Source of the DNA: Octopus sinensis | Lineage: Eukaryota | Direction of reading: 5' to 3' | DNA length: 64,000 nt | Assembly (NCBI RefSeq): GCF_006345805.1 | Contig: NC_043023.1 | Coordinates: forward strand, 10,354,001-10,418,000 | Shown: one piece after another, positions 38,235 through 51,319 of the stretch | How positions within the stretch are numbered: the stretch's first letter is position 1 | Layout of the letters: each line of letters opens with the position of its first letter | Notes under the pieces: generated by a model | Seen by the model: only the letters and a program-made list of their open reading frames with translations | What the model was told of the DNA's origin: nothing | The model's database searches: none | Program-made: the position numbers and the translations under genes

Positions 38235-38632
38235 TACATACATATATATATACTCTTTTACTTGTTTCAGTCATTTGACTGCAGCCATGCTGGAGCACCG
38301 CCTTTAATCGAGCAACTCGACCCCAGGACTTATTCTTTTGTAAGCCCAGTACTTATTCTATCGGTCTCTTTTGCCGAACCGCTAAGTAACGGGGACATAA
38401 ACACACCAGCATCAGTTGTCAAGCAATGCTAGGGCGACAAACACAGACACACACATATATATACATATATACGACAGGCTTCTTTCAGTTTCCGTCTACC
38501 AAATCCACTCACAAGGCTTTGGTCGACCCGAGGCTATAGTAGAAGACACTTGCCCAAGGTGCCACGCTGTGGGACTGAACCTGGGATCATGTGGTTGATA
38601 AACAAGCTACTTACCACACAGCCACTCCTACG

Positions 38633-38679
<47 letters not shown>

Positions 38680-38825
38680 TTCTTTCAGTTTCCATTTACC
38701 AAATCCACTCACAAGGCTTTGGTCGACCCGAGGCTATAGTAGAAGACACTTGCCCAAGGTGCCACGCAGTGGGACTGAACCCGGAACCATGTGGTTGGTA
38801 AACAAGCTACTTACCACATAGCCAC
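38235..38825 (-). mobile_element. SINE A full length plus an extra head (head-(TA)n-full arrangement)
   Basis: Full copy 38235-38635, (TA)n, then a second head 38680-38825. Confidence 0.85.
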
Positions 38826-39019
38826 TCGTGTATGTATATATTTGTATGTATTATATACATGTCTAGATGTCTAGTTTTGTAATTTTCTTATTTTATAAAC
38901 ACCAGTATAGGAACAAGGCTCATACAGCCATAAGCTGCAAATTTCTGTCTCACCATAGCGCAAGCACAACCAGCAACAGAACATATGAGAAGGGGTAACA
39001 ACACAATTGATTCCATCAC

Positions 39020-39490
39020 TTCAGGGTCAAAGAGTCCAGAAGCTGGCTACCCGCATGGTTCTTGGTCTCAAGCATTTGTCTTATGAAGAAAGGCTGAAGA
39101 CGCTCGACCTTTATTCTCTCGAAAAACGACGACACCGTGGTGATCTCATTCTTGCTCACAACATCATAAGCGGAAAGTGTAACCTCTCGAAAGAGCTGTT
39201 CTTCACTCCTGCTTCAGAGCGTCGGCTGCGGGTCACTCCGAAAAGCTCTATCTGCGACGATTTCATCTCAATCGAAGGAGAGGGGCTTTCTCCATCCGGG
39301 TTGCGGATCCGTGGAATAAGCTGCCGGACAAGATAGTGAAGATGCCAACGACTGCTCGGTTCAAAGTCTCTCTTGACCACAAATGGCCTGGACTCTTTGC
39401 ATGAACACCCTCCCTGTACATAACTCCATGTCCCCCTACACGGCCTTGCTTTTTGCTTTTTGAGCCAAAAAATTAACTTAACTTAACTAT
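39020..39490 (+). mobile_element. CR1-clade LINE 3' fragment
   Basis: RVQKLATRMVLGLKHLSYEERLKTLDLYSLEKRRHRGDLI motif and an (AACTT)n tail. Confidence 0.85.
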
Positions 39491-39529
39491 ATTTTTTCTT
39501 TATTTCTTTTTGTATTGGGTTTGAACCCT

Positions 39530-39712
39530 TTGCCTAAAGGAAATTTTGAGACGGGTAGTCGCCCATACAATAACAAATGCTGCACGTTCAATATTTGACC
39601 AGTTAGATTCTGCAGGTGTTAATTTTCTTGACACAACACGACCATTTTGTGAAAGTATTGTTGCAACACAGTTCATTGAGGTATCTATTGTCAGCTCAGT
39701 AGGTAACTGAGT
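39530..39712 (-). mobile_element. Ty3/Gypsy RNase H relic
   Basis: PTELTIDTS...ILSQNG..VSRKLTPAESNWSNIERAAFVIVWA matches the Gypsy RNase H motif SRKLTxAExNYSxxERE. Confidence 0.75.
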
Positions 39713-39713
39713 G

Positions 39714-40078
39714 TGGAGGCGCAATGGCCCAGTGGTAAGGGCAGGGGACTCGCGGTCTTAGGATCGCAGTTTCGATACCCAAACCGAGCATTGTGAGTGT
39801 TTATTGAGCGAAAACACCTAAAGCTCCAGCAGGGGCTGGTAGTGAACCCTGCTGTACTCTTTCATCGCAACTTTCTTTCTTACTTCCTGTTTCTGTTGTA
39901 CCTGTATTTCTGAAGGGCCAGCCTTGTCACACTCTGTGTCACGCTGAATCTCCTCGAGAACTACATTAAGGGTACATGTGTCTGTGGAGTGCTCAGCCAC
40001 TTGTACCTTAATTTCACTAGCAGGCTGTTCCGTTGATCGGATCAACTGGAACCCTCGTCGTCGTAACCAACGGAGCGC
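39714..40078 (+). mobile_element. SINE family C, tail variant C2
   Basis: Head ggaggcgcaatggcccagtgg and a C2 tail as at 17915-18305. Confidence 0.85.
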
Positions 40079-40131
40079 CATCAGGAAACTGAGGATCAAA
40101 TGGCTGCAACACTGGTTCTTTGCATAGCTTA

Positions 40132-40486
40132 TCTCTATAATGCTGAAGTTGTCTGCGTGCGTGTGGCAGGTTTGGTAGCTTTCAACTAACACTATCTCCT
40201 CCAAGACTCTGCAGCGCACGTTGACCAAAATTGAGAGTATGATAGAAGAAGGTTTGCTCTTCCTTCCGTAGAAGAAAAAATTCAAATCAGACCATGTTAA
40301 CACCAAAAATTATTTACATCAAAAAGTTGCTTTTTTTCTATGGAAATCCCTATTTTTTACGATTTTTTGACTGCTATGTCACCATTTTTCTGTGTATTTC
40401 AACCAGAAAAATGTTCACTTAAAGAGAATAACAAGCTACATAATGCAAAATTTTTACTTTTCAAAAATTCCAATTCTAAAGGGTCC
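40132..40486 (+). mobile_element. Non-autonomous Helitron (second family)
   Basis: TC start, ends aaacccg...CTAG; a sister copy lies at 60875-61272. Confidence 0.7.
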
Positions 40487-40892
40487 AAACAAACCCGATG
40501 ATCTAGCTGTATCTGAGACCGTGGGGAGCTTGTCCTCCTTGTCAACTCGTTAAGATAGTGCTTTTGTTGGCTATTGAGTTGTTTTGACTCCTATTTCTAG
40601 CAATACTGGTACTGATTAGTGCCTTATACATATACATATATATATATATATACATATATATATCACACATAATATACATTGTGCAAGCGATGTTATTATT
40701 GAACTAAGAAAGACAACTCTTGTTATGCCCTTCGCGTTGCGTTGAATTAATTATCTCGATAATTAAAGTCTGCATTGCTAATTAGACTGCTCTTGCTTTA
40801 AAATATAATATAATGTAATGTAAATTATTCAGCAATTTCGTCAAAGTAGTTATTTGATAATAGACGTCTGGAGATTAATGGTTTTACAAGAT

Positions 40893-41095
40893 GCCATTGG
40901 AAGCGGAAGTGACGTCAGAGGATAATGAAAGTCTGTGGATCAAGAAATTGTCTTTTTGGCCGTTGGAGACGCGAGTTCGATCCTCCTCCCCGGCGGCCAC
41001 CGTAACCTGAGTTTCTCTGCTTGTTTGAGTTGAGAACTGCTGCTATACCTTTTCTTCGTCTTCTTTGTGATCGCTCCAACACAACCCGGGTAAGT
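40893..41095 (+). promoter_or_regulatory. Putative promoter and first exon of the ZF gene at 43504: inverted CCAAT, ETS-CRE 15-mer and donor
   Basis: ATTGG at 40896-40900; GCGGAAGTGACGTCA at 40903-40917; local CpG enrichment; donor CCGG|GTAAGT at 41090; candidate acceptor TTTCAG at 42203. Confidence 0.6.
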
Positions 41096-42266
41096 CTGAT
41101 ATTTACGTTAAAACAACGGCTAATTTCCTATTTGACGTTGTTTTTGGTTTCACTTTCATTTCGTTTCGATCAGCTTCTCTCGTAGACACCCTTCTACTCT
41201 TTCATTCTGAGTCTCAACGAAATACCTACAGATCAGCAGATAATCGATGAAAGCCATTCAATCACGACGATAGTTCGATCTTTCTCAGTTTCGGCGCCGT
41301 GGATTGTTGAAGAATTCTCAAATGTGCCCAGGGCGAAACTCAATTCAAAATAAGTCGAACATTTCCCCTCACTTCTTCTTACTCGCTGTTCGTATTGTGT
41401 TCCACTTATAATTATGAAACGTTTTAATGAAATATACTTCTTGGATCGATATGATTTTACGAACGTCAAATAAGAAATTACCAAACAACGACCTCATCAC
41501 ATATAAAACAGAAGTGACCACATACAAACGATGTGCTGGACTCACAGAATATCGGCAAAATTCCTCAGTTATGATGTTTTCTTGTTTATAAAATATAATA
41601 TAAAACGGTCATTCAGTCAATTTAATTAGTTTGCTTTGTAATCGCCCCTTGTTTAGCCCCTTGTGGGTAGTAAAGAAATGGGTATATGTCCCGTAAGTAG
41701 CTTTGTTTACATTTCTGAAGATAACAGAAACCCTTTTCTCCTAACCCTAACCCCCCATATATATATATAAAAAAAAACAACACTTTCTTGAAATGTATCC
41801 GGTACTTCCGTGTCGTATACCGAAGATACGCCACATGCTGGACTTCGTATTCCCAAGATCCTTCAAACATTCCTCATGTACATCGCACCTATTACTCCCT
41901 TTCATCATCAGAGATGCCCATATTGTCAGCCACTAACAATATTTCTGCTTCAGCAGCTCAGCAATGAATCTGGGGTCAAGGGTCAAGATAGAGGGGGCGA
42001 GGCTTCTATGATAAAATGTGTTGGATGGAGGGTAGGAGAGAAACTATGATGACTAAAAATTGTGAAGGGTACAGGGGTGAATGCAGTGCATGGAATGAAA
42101 GTAGGGAGGAAGAGCAGAAAAGATGATGACTAGATGTTTTACAGCTACTTTCCATACATCCCTCATGTCTTACAATGTTTTGTTTTTTCTTCTCTAATTT
42201 CAGGTTATTGGTAACATTGGCACCGAAGAATGTTTTTTACATCACCAATATTTAATCATCTTTTAA

Positions 42267-42485
42267 CCCTTTAGCGTTCAGATTATTCTATCAAACATAA
42301 TACCTATTGATTCCCATTGATTTGAATTAATCGTGCATTATCTCATATCTTCAAGATCTTGATGGTGTAATTACTTAATGTAGAATAGCATTGTAGGGTA
42401 GGTGTGAGAGCCTGGATCTGGTCAGTTTGAACATAAAACAGATTAACTATTTTGGCCGGATATGGTCGGTTTAAATACTAAAGGG
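42267..42485. mobile_element. piggyBac-like MITE
   Basis: TTAA|CCCTTTAG ... CTAAAGGG|TTAA. Confidence 0.85.
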
Positions 42486-42510
42486 TTAAAGACTAAAAGA
42501 ATATATACAC

Positions 42511-43076
42511 CAGTGGTTTTCAACCCTTTAAAAAAATTTTTTTTTATGGGTGCCTTTGATGACTATTCTTTTCTGGTGAACCAATATAGCCTTTTGATGT
42601 TTAGAAACCACTTTTGTAGTTCCTTCCTTCAAAATCCCTATTTTGTTCCTCACCCATTAACTTGTGGAGGTTGAACCATGTAAAACGTTAGAGAAAGAAA
42701 CTTAACTGTTTCTTGCCATAAATACATTTAAGAAATTTTTTTTTTTCATGAATCCTTAAAATACTACCATAGATCCCCAATTTACTGTTTTGCTTGTGTA
42801 GGCCCCCTTTGATTTCTATTCTATTCTGGTGGACCCCTATAGCCATTTATTGTTTAAAAACTTGTTTTCTAGAAAACTTCTTTCAAAATTCCTGTTTTGT
42901 TTCCCACACACGAACTTGTGTAGATTGAACTCTGTAAAACTTTTTTTCTTACAATAAATACATCTGAAGAAATATTTTTTCATGGACTCTTAAGTTACCA
43001 CTGTGGATCCCTAATTTACTATATTGCTTGCGTGGATCCCTAAAAGTCTTACAAGAACCCCTGTTGAGAACCACCA
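42511..43076. mobile_element. hAT MITE
   Basis: TIR CAGTGGTTTTCAAC / GTTGAGAACCACCA; 8-bp TSD ATATACAC at 42503-42510 and 43077-43084. Confidence 0.85.
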
Positions 43077-43503
43077 ATATACACAGAACATATATAACAC
43101 TGTTTTGAGATTATTAGCAACGTTTCTCTACTTCACTGCTTGGAAAGATCACAAGATGATTTTTTTGCCTTCTCAATAAATTTGCATTATAAAGGAGTTT
43201 GCCAAATGTTCAGATAGAATATCATCATCATCATCATCATCGTTTAACGTCCGCTTTCCGTGCTAGCATGGGTTGGACGATTTGACTGAGGGCTGGTGAA
43301 CCAGATAGCTGCACCAGGCTTCAATCTTGATCTGGCAGAGTTTCTACAGCTGGATGCCCTTCCTAACGCCAACCACTGTGAGAGTGTAGTGGGTGCTTTT
43401 GTGATGAAGGTATAGTAACAGAAATATATTTATTCATTGGCTGTCAACTATAAAATAAGGAGAGAAATAAGCATTTGTAAATTGTGGTCAAGAAATAATA
43501 GTT

Positions 43504-44352
43504 ATGGAAAATGAATTGTGTGAGAAGAAAGGTGAATTTGATACACAATCTAAAAAGATCGACTCTCCTGGTGGTATAAGGAAAGGAAGAAGTCAAATAT
43601 ACCAGTGTGATATCTGTGAGAAGATATTTTCTCAAAAGTGTAACCTCACGATACACAGACGTACTCATACAGGAGACAAACCATATCACTGTGAGATGTG
43701 TGGTAACTCGTTCTCTCACAAGGGTAACTTAACATCTCACAAACGTATTCATACTGGAGAAAAGCCATATCAGTGTGATATCTGTGGTAAATCCTTCTCT
43801 CAAAAAGGTCACCTAATCACTCACCAGCTCATTCATACAGACGAAAAACCATATCACTGTGATATCTGTGGTAAATCATATTCTCGTGAAATTACCTTAA
43901 TAAGACACAACCGTATTCACACAGGAGAGAAACCATATCATTGTGATGTCTGTGGTAAATCATTCTCACAAAAAGGCCACCTACTTACTCACCAACGGAT
44001 TCACACAGAAGGAAAACCATTTCACTGTGACATCTGTGGTAAATCATTCTCTCGTGAAATTAACTTGACTCGGCACAAACGTATTCATACAGGTGAGAGG
44101 CCATTTCAGTGTGATGTCTGTGGTAAATCCTTCTCTGAATGTGGTGTGTTAACTTTACATGTACGTAGTCATACGGGAGAGAAACCATATCGCTGTGATA
44201 CCTGTGGAAAGTCATTCTCTGGAGCAAGTACCTTAACAAAACACAAACTCACTCACAGAGGAGAGAAACCGTTTCTCTGTTACATCTGTGGTAAATCATT
44301 CTCTCAAAAGATTCACTTAACAACACATGAAGGTGTTCATTCAGAAAAGTAA
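43504..44352 (+). CDS. C2H2 zinc-finger protein, 9 fingers, intact (282 aa)
   Basis: Uninterrupted ORF from MENE; nine canonical fingers. Confidence 0.92.
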   Translation: MENELCEKKGEFDTQSKKIDSPGGIRKGRSQIYQCDICEKIFSQKCNLTIHRRTHTGDKPYHCEMCGNSFSHKGNLTSHKRIHTGEKPYQCDICGKSFSQKGHLITHQLIHTDEKPYHCDICGKSYSREITLIRHNRIHTGEKPYHCDVCGKSFSQKGHLLTHQRIHTEGKPFHCDICGKSFSREINLTRHKRIHTGERPFQCDVCGKSFSECGVLTLHVRSHTGEKPYRCDTCGKSFSGASTLTKHKLTHRGEKPFLCYICGKSFSQKIHLTTHEGVHSEK

Positions 44353-44419
44353 CTGTATCAATGTTAAAAATAAATTCGTATTAAATAAAGTCTTCCATGT
44401 TTGTCATTCAAACTCTCTC

Positions 44420-44795
44420 TTTCTCTCTTTTACTTGTTTCAGTCATTTGACTGCGGCCATGCTGGAGCACCGCCTTTGGTCGAGCAACTCGACCCCGGGA
44501 CTTATTCTTATATAAGCCCAGTACTTATTCTATCGGTCTCTTTTGCCGAACCGCTAAGTGACGGGGACGTAAACACACCAGCATCGATTGTCAAGCAATG
44601 CTAGGGGGACAAACACATACATATATATATACACATATAAACGACAGGCTTCTTTCAGTTTCCGTCTACCAAATCCACTCACAAGGCATTGGCGGCTCGG
44701 GGCTATAGCAGAAGACACTTGCCCAAGATGCCACACAGTGGGACTGAACCCGGAGCCATGTGGTTGGTTAGCAAGCTACTTACCACACAGCCACT
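44420..44795 (-). mobile_element. SINE family A, ~70 bp after the ZF stop
   Basis: Direct family match. Confidence 0.9.
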
Positions 44796-45143
44796 TATAT
44801 TCCATTTTTGCTGGTGTTTACAATGTACTTAATTTTATGATAAAATGTATTAAAACCTTTTCCTGTGTCTAATGCTGCCATATTATGGATAGGTGTGGTT
44901 GGTGAAGGAGCTGGATGAATGTCTGTCTGTTTGTCACAGTAATCAGTACTAGAAATAAAATATTGGTTTCAAATCTGGCACAAGGCCAGCAATTTCGACC
45001 CCAGTACTCAATTGGTACATATTTTATTGACCCCAAAACGATGAAAGGAAAAGTCGACCTCAACAGAATTTGAACTCAGAACATAAAGGACGGAAAGATG
45101 GACAAAGTGCTGCTAAGTATTTAGCCTAGCGTGCTAACAATTG

Positions 45144-45442
45144 AGAAGTTCTTAAGCAGATCAGGCTGAAAATGTCGCTAGAAGCTAGGATCACCAAGCA
45201 TAGATTGGCATATTTCGGTCATATTATGCGGAGAAAATCCCTGGAGAAGGACATCATGCTCAGAATGGTCAGTGGCAAGAGAGGAAGAGGCCGACCAAGA
45301 ACCCGCTGGCTTGACACCATCAAGAGTGATACCGGAATGGACATGGCCAATCTGAAGGAAGCGGCCCAGGATAGAACTGACTGGAGGACACTGATCCAAC
45401 GAGTGACCGAGAGTCGACTTCGACTGAGCGGATAGAGAGATA
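45144..45442 (+). mobile_element. 5'-truncated RTE (BovB-like) LINE with 11-bp TSD
   Basis: RLAYFGHIMRRKSLEKDIML...GRGRPRTRWLD...DRTDWR...SRLRLS parallels the BovB C-terminus; TSD GCTAACAATTG at 45133-45143 and 45443-45453. It sits between two B-type SINEs (44960-45140, 45455-45645). Confidence 0.88.
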
Positions 45443-46194
45443 GCTAACAATTGGTTTCAATTTTGAGCACAAGGCCAGCAATTTTGGGGGAGAGAGTAAG
45501 TCAATTATATCAACCCCAGTGTTTAACAGGTACTTATTTTATCGACCCCAAAAGTCACCCCTGACTGCATTTGAACTCAGAATGTAAAGACATGAAATAC
45601 CACCAAGCATTTTGCCCAGCACACTAACAATTCTGCCACCTCGACATATTTTAACTTCTAAAAGAAAACATTTCAATTACAGAGGGGAAGAAATTCTCTC
45701 TCACGGTAAAAAGTGTGAAAACACTGTTTCTGCCCAATGCTTCCCTCAAGTGGATACCCACGGTGGAATTTGAACTCAGAATGTAGCGGCAGACGAAATA
45801 CGGCTACGCATTCCGTCCAGCGTGCTAACGTTTCTGCCAGCTCGCCACCTTGTGTTGACCCATACCGTTTAGGTAAAATGCAGTATGGAAACTTTATCGA
45901 AGTTTGTCAGGTGGAGTGCACCTGTAATTTAAAAGATACAACTTCGTTGCACTGATTCCGGAACAGAATTACCTTAACAGTACACATGTCTGTGGAATAC
46001 TCAGCCAATTTGCACGTTAATTCATGGGCAATTAAATCATTTGACCAAAAAAACTAAATCCTCGCTGCCAGACGGTGGAGATCCATCAGCATTATAAGCG
46101 TATAAACCGATCAAAACCTTTTTTTTTTTCCACCGAAATTAGGCTCATGTACTTGCTTATCTCCCTTTACTCGCATACTTATCGTCTTTCACTG

Positions 46195-46440
46195 AGTAAT
46201 ATAGCAACACAAAAGGCGGCGAGCTGGCAGAAACGTTAGCACGCCGGGCGAAATGCGTAGCCGTATTTCGTCTGCCGTTACGTTCTGAGTTCAAATTCCG
46301 CCGAGGTCGACTTTGCTTTTCATCCTTTCGGGGTCGATAAATTAAGTACCAATTACGCACTGGAGTCGATATAATCGACTTAATCCCTTTGTTTGTCCCC
46401 TCTATGTTTAGCCCCTTGTGGGTAGTAAAGAAATAGAAAT
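46195..46440 (+). mobile_element. SINE family B, full-length monomer
   Basis: ggcggcgagctggcagaaacgttagc...gtgggtagtaaagaaatag. Confidence 0.9.
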
Positions 46441-47363
46441 AGGTATTTGGTCAGTTTTTCTCCTTGATATAATTGTCTCTTCAGTTATCTGCTAGGAGCA
46501 AAGTTGTTATTAATAAACCTAATAATGGTGATTAGGGTAGATTAGTATCTACCATCGACTTATGTTTTTGGCTGGATCTTTATTTAATTGATTCCGAAGC
46601 AATGAAAGATAAAATTGACATCGACGGAATTTGAGGTCAGAACGAAAGAAGCACTGCTTGGCCTAAATAATTACTATTAATTTTGATACACGACTACAAT
46701 TTCGTTTCGGTATAGTATTTCCCTTTTTATAAGTTTTCGTCAGGGATACCTGTAGTAGTAGATATTCTTTGACCTTTTCTCCGAAATTAGTGACTTTTCT
46801 GGGTGAATTTCTACATTTGTATCAAAGCTGCAGAGGAAAGGATTATACGGAAGATAAGAAGTCAGATTAGATTGTGAGTAAAGCAATAATTTCATCTCAT
46901 TTTTATATTTTAGTTCGTTTTCTCATTCTACAAACCTCCCACAAGAACTGTAACGATGATCCAGTCTGAAATCTTAAGATATTCAAGTTTTGTTTACATT
47001 TTACCCATCATAAATACTATACTAAATCTGCTAAAATTATGAAAATTAAGTTATCACTCTGTATTGTAATTAACAATACCTTCAGACAATAACTGGTCGG
47101 AGGTAAAGAATACGTACACCACTCGTTTTTGGCGTAACAAAAACCCTAACCATCGGGTGTATGTATTTTTACTTTCGCCCAATAAATCTTCCTTTTGTTG
47201 CCGTAAGTAACAACGACTATTGCAAAAGTTGCAAGATGCAACAAAAATTCTAGAAAAAAATGAATACCTAAATGAGTGGAAATCGAACCAGTGTGTGTGT
47301 AAAATAATAAGGCATTAAAAGAGAATGACCCTCCCCAGACACGATAACAATATATAGTAATAA

Positions 47364-47423
<60 letters not shown>

Positions 47424-47477
47424 ATATGTATATATATATATACATATATATATACATATATATATGTGTGTGTGTGT

Positions 47478-47665
47478 GGAAGCGCAATGGTCCAGTGGTT
47501 AGGGCAGCGGACTCACGGTTTCGATTCCCAGACCGGGCATTGTGAGTATTTATTGAGCGAAAACACCTAAAGCTCCACGATGCTCCAGCAGGGGGTAGTG
47601 GTGAACTCTGCTGTACTCACCACAACTTTCTCTCACTCTTTCTTCCAGTTTCTGTTATACCTGTA
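47478..47665 (+). mobile_element. SINE family C, 3'-truncated
   Basis: Head and core match other C copies. Confidence 0.75.
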
Positions 47666-48674
47666 TATCCGCTAGGGACAAAGTTGTTATTAATAGGCCT
47701 TAATAATGGTGATGAGGGTATCAAACTAAAGAATTCTCACAAAATTTCTTGGCATTTTTTTCAGTGCAAAGTCCTGTTGAGACAAGTGAAATCAAAATCA
47801 AACCATCCCTGCACCTCTACGACCATGTCTATATAAAAATGTAGTAAAACTTTCACTGTTTTAATCTCTCTAATTCCTAATTATCTTGTATGTTTTACAC
47901 TGTTGTTTCTCTTTCGTTTCAGATTACCAGATGACCTCAGCATCACAGGATTTTTACATAAGCAACGTCATTAGAATGGAAAGTCTTTTGAAGACTGAGC
48001 AAAGATGTTATACAAAACACGTATAACCCTGTTTCTATGAATATTTACTGAATTACTGCAAAATATATCTTCTGAACTCTGACATATATGTCGCAAAATT
48101 TCTCTTCTTTATTGTCTGGAATACACAGAAAATTATATTTGCATATTAATTAATCATTTAGCATTTAAACTAGCACAAATATTCTGACCTCTCACACTCA
48201 CCATGCAGTGTCAATTTAAACATAAACAATCAAATCACTGAAGTCTCAAAGCTATGAGATAATCCATGATTAATTCAAAACAATATGAATAAATAAGCAT
48301 TACATTTCACAAAGGAATCTCAATGCTAAACGGTTAAACTGGCCATATTTTTGTGTGTTTTATATTCATACTAGCCAGATCCCACCCCTCACACCCACCC
48401 TACAAGGTCATTCTAAAAATAAACAATCACTACATTGAAATCTGAACATGATAGCATAATGAATGATTAATTCAGAAGAATTTCAATAAACATTCTATTT
48501 GACAAAGTAATCTGAATGTTAATGAGTTAAAGCAATTAAGAAGGCAGTTTGCAGCATCTTCAGATATTAACAAAGAACACTTTTCATGGAGATATATCAG
48601 TAGAAATATTTGTTCAGAGCAATATACGAGAAGAAGGAAAACCTTTGTGACCTGTGACAAGAGAAAGGAACATT

Positions 48675-49790
48675 ATGGAAAATGAATTATTTAGGAGTGA
48701 AGTTGAATGTAAAAGAGAGTCTGAAGAAATTGATTTTTCTGATGAGGAAAAGAATGAAAAGGGCAAAACATCATTTGATTGTGATATCTGTGGCAAGTTG
48801 TTCTCTCGGAAAGCTAAGTTAGTCATTCACGAACGTACTCATACAGGAGAAAAACCATATCACTGTGATATCTGTGGTAAATCATTCGCTCAGAAAGGTA
48901 ACTTGACTACTCACCAACGTATTCATACAGGAGGGAAGCCATATCGCTCTGATATCTGTGGTAAGTCATTGTCACAAGATAGTGATTTAACAAGACATAA
49001 GCAGATTCATTCAAGAGGAAAATATTTATACTGTGACATCTGTGGTAAATCATTCTTGCGGAAAGATAACTTAGTCATCCACCAACGTATTCATACAGGT
49101 GAGAAGCCATATCATTGTGATATCTGTGGTAAATTGTTCGCTCAGAAAGGTAACTTGACTGCTCACTGACGTTTTCATACAGGAGAGAAGCCATATCACT
49201 GTGATATCTGTGGTAAACTATTGTCAAATCGTAGTACATTAACAAGACACAAACAGATTCACACAAAAGGAAAATATTTACACTGTGATGTCTGTGGTAA
49301 ATCATTTTTTGATACTCATCATTTAACCACTCACAAACGCATTCATACAAGCGAAAAACCATATCGCTGTGATATCTGTGGTAAATCATTCTATGAAAAT
49401 AGCTACTTAACTAGACACATACGTATTCACACAGGAGAAAAGCCATATCATTGCGATATCTGTGGTAAATCTTTCTCTCATGGGCCCAGCTTAACTGTTC
49501 ACAAATACATTCATTCAGGTGAGAAGCCGTATCACTGTGAAATCTGCGGTAAATCCTTCTCTCAAAATGATCACTTAACTACTCACAAGCACGTTCATAC
49601 AGGTGAGAAGCCGTATCATTGTGAAATCTGTGGTAAATCCTTCATTCGAAATGATTACTTAACTAGTCACAAACGTACTCACACAGGTGAGGAGGCATAT
49701 CATTGTGATATCTGTGACAAATCATTTGCACAGAGAAGCAGCTTGACTACTCACAAGAGCACTCATATGAGAGACAAACCACACCAATGA
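48675..49790 (+). pseudogene. C2H2 zinc-finger gene, 12 fingers, single in-frame TGA at 49167-49169 (pseudogene, null allele or recoded)
   Basis: ORFs 48654-49169 and 49221-49790 are in the same frame; the only disruption is CAC TGA CGT in finger 5. Confidence 0.75.
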
Positions 49791-50589
49791 TCCATCATCA
49801 TTGTTTTCACGTCCACGTTTGCCATGTTCTCATGGGTCAGATGGAATTCTTTGAAGTGAATTTTCTCTGTCCAGATGGCCATCTTGTTAACAACTTTCAC
49901 CTGTTTCAAACTAAGATATTTTCCCATGACCAGACATGTTTTTATGTCAGATTGGAGATGGACACTGCTTGTATGGTAGTGACACTCGTTTACAACTATC
50001 ACACAGTCTCAAGGCAAGGATATAATAACACACACATACACACACACATTCATAAGCCCCTCACACTTCTATGAAACATCCCCCTCTATCCTCTGTACCA
50101 CTAATATTCCCCCACCACCAATACCTTTTGTGTATGTCCTCATACATCTCCATCACCATCCATTTCTCTATATATATCTGAAAACAATTATAATAATAAT
50201 ATTTTGTCTATTCTAAATGATCTTGACATTGTTTTTGACTTTACATAAAATATTCTTTACATTCTACTGTTGTTTTATTGTCATTTATTTACAAGTATTA
50301 TAAATTTTATTGGTAAAATATTTTTCTGGGAATGAATTACAATTTATAACATTGCTTCTATTGGAAATTATTGCTTTGCTTTATGAGTTTTCACTTTAGG
50401 AGCAATCTCCAGGAAGAAATTAACTTATATATCAAGGCATTATTGTATCTGACATTATTTTGGCACAAGGCCAGCAATTTCAGGGGAAGGAGTAAGTTGA
50501 ATAACCACATGGATCAGCATGTGTGCTTTTTATGTGAACTAGCGTGAGTGCTTCTTACAGGAACCCACACAATATATATATATATATTT

Positions 50590-50820
50590 ATATATGTATA
50601 TTCAAAGGGCTAAAGAGCCACTAGGTGGTCGGCCGTATGCTAGAAGTAGATCACCTACGATCAAACTACAAAGAAAAGAATGTTCTCTAGAGGAAAATTC
50701 AGCGGACACCAGAACAATTTTGCTCTAGAGAACATTCTTTTCTTTGTAGTTTGATCGTTGATGATCTATTTCTAGCATACAGCCGACTACCTTGTGGTCT
50801 TGCCCTTTGAATATACACAT
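50590..50820. repeat. Palindromic Penelope-like end fragment after (TA)n
   Basis: Arms ~50590-50690 and ~50721-50818 with a 30-bp spacer. Confidence 0.7.
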
Positions 50821-51319
50821 GTATTAGAATTTTCTCTGATTTTTCAGATTTTTGTATGCTAGGCTACTGGTTTTAAATTGATATTAATTAAATTAATATT
50901 CAATTTATCTCCCTCATTATTTAAATATATATTTATATAAATATTGGTGAAGTCAAATGGATTAGTGATTAGAGCGTCGGGCGCAGAATTGTTCTTCACA
51001 TTGCTCCAGTTCACTCAGCTGTAGAAATGAGTTGCGATGTCACTGGTGCCAAGCTGTATCAGCCTTTATCTTTCCCTTGGACAACTTTGGTGGTGTGGAG
51101 AGGGGAAAGCCGGTATGCATGGGTGATTGCTGGTCTTCTATAAACAACCGTTGCCAGACTTGCTCCTCAGAGGGGAACTTTCTAGGTGTAATCTCATAGT
51201 CATGAATGAAGTGGGGTCTTTTCTTTTTTCTTATAATGTTTGTTCCTTCTTGAGCCATGCCTGGCTCATAGGGCCAGTTTCCTTGGCATATAGGTTCCCC
51301 ACCTGGACAGGAATATATG

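Noticed and set aside
40948-40985. A-box/B-box-like pair (TGGCCGTTGG, GAGTTCGATCC) suggesting a tRNA gene
   Set aside because: The spacing is too short and there is no cloverleaf. No true tRNA gene was found; the tRNA-like sequences in the window are SINE heads.
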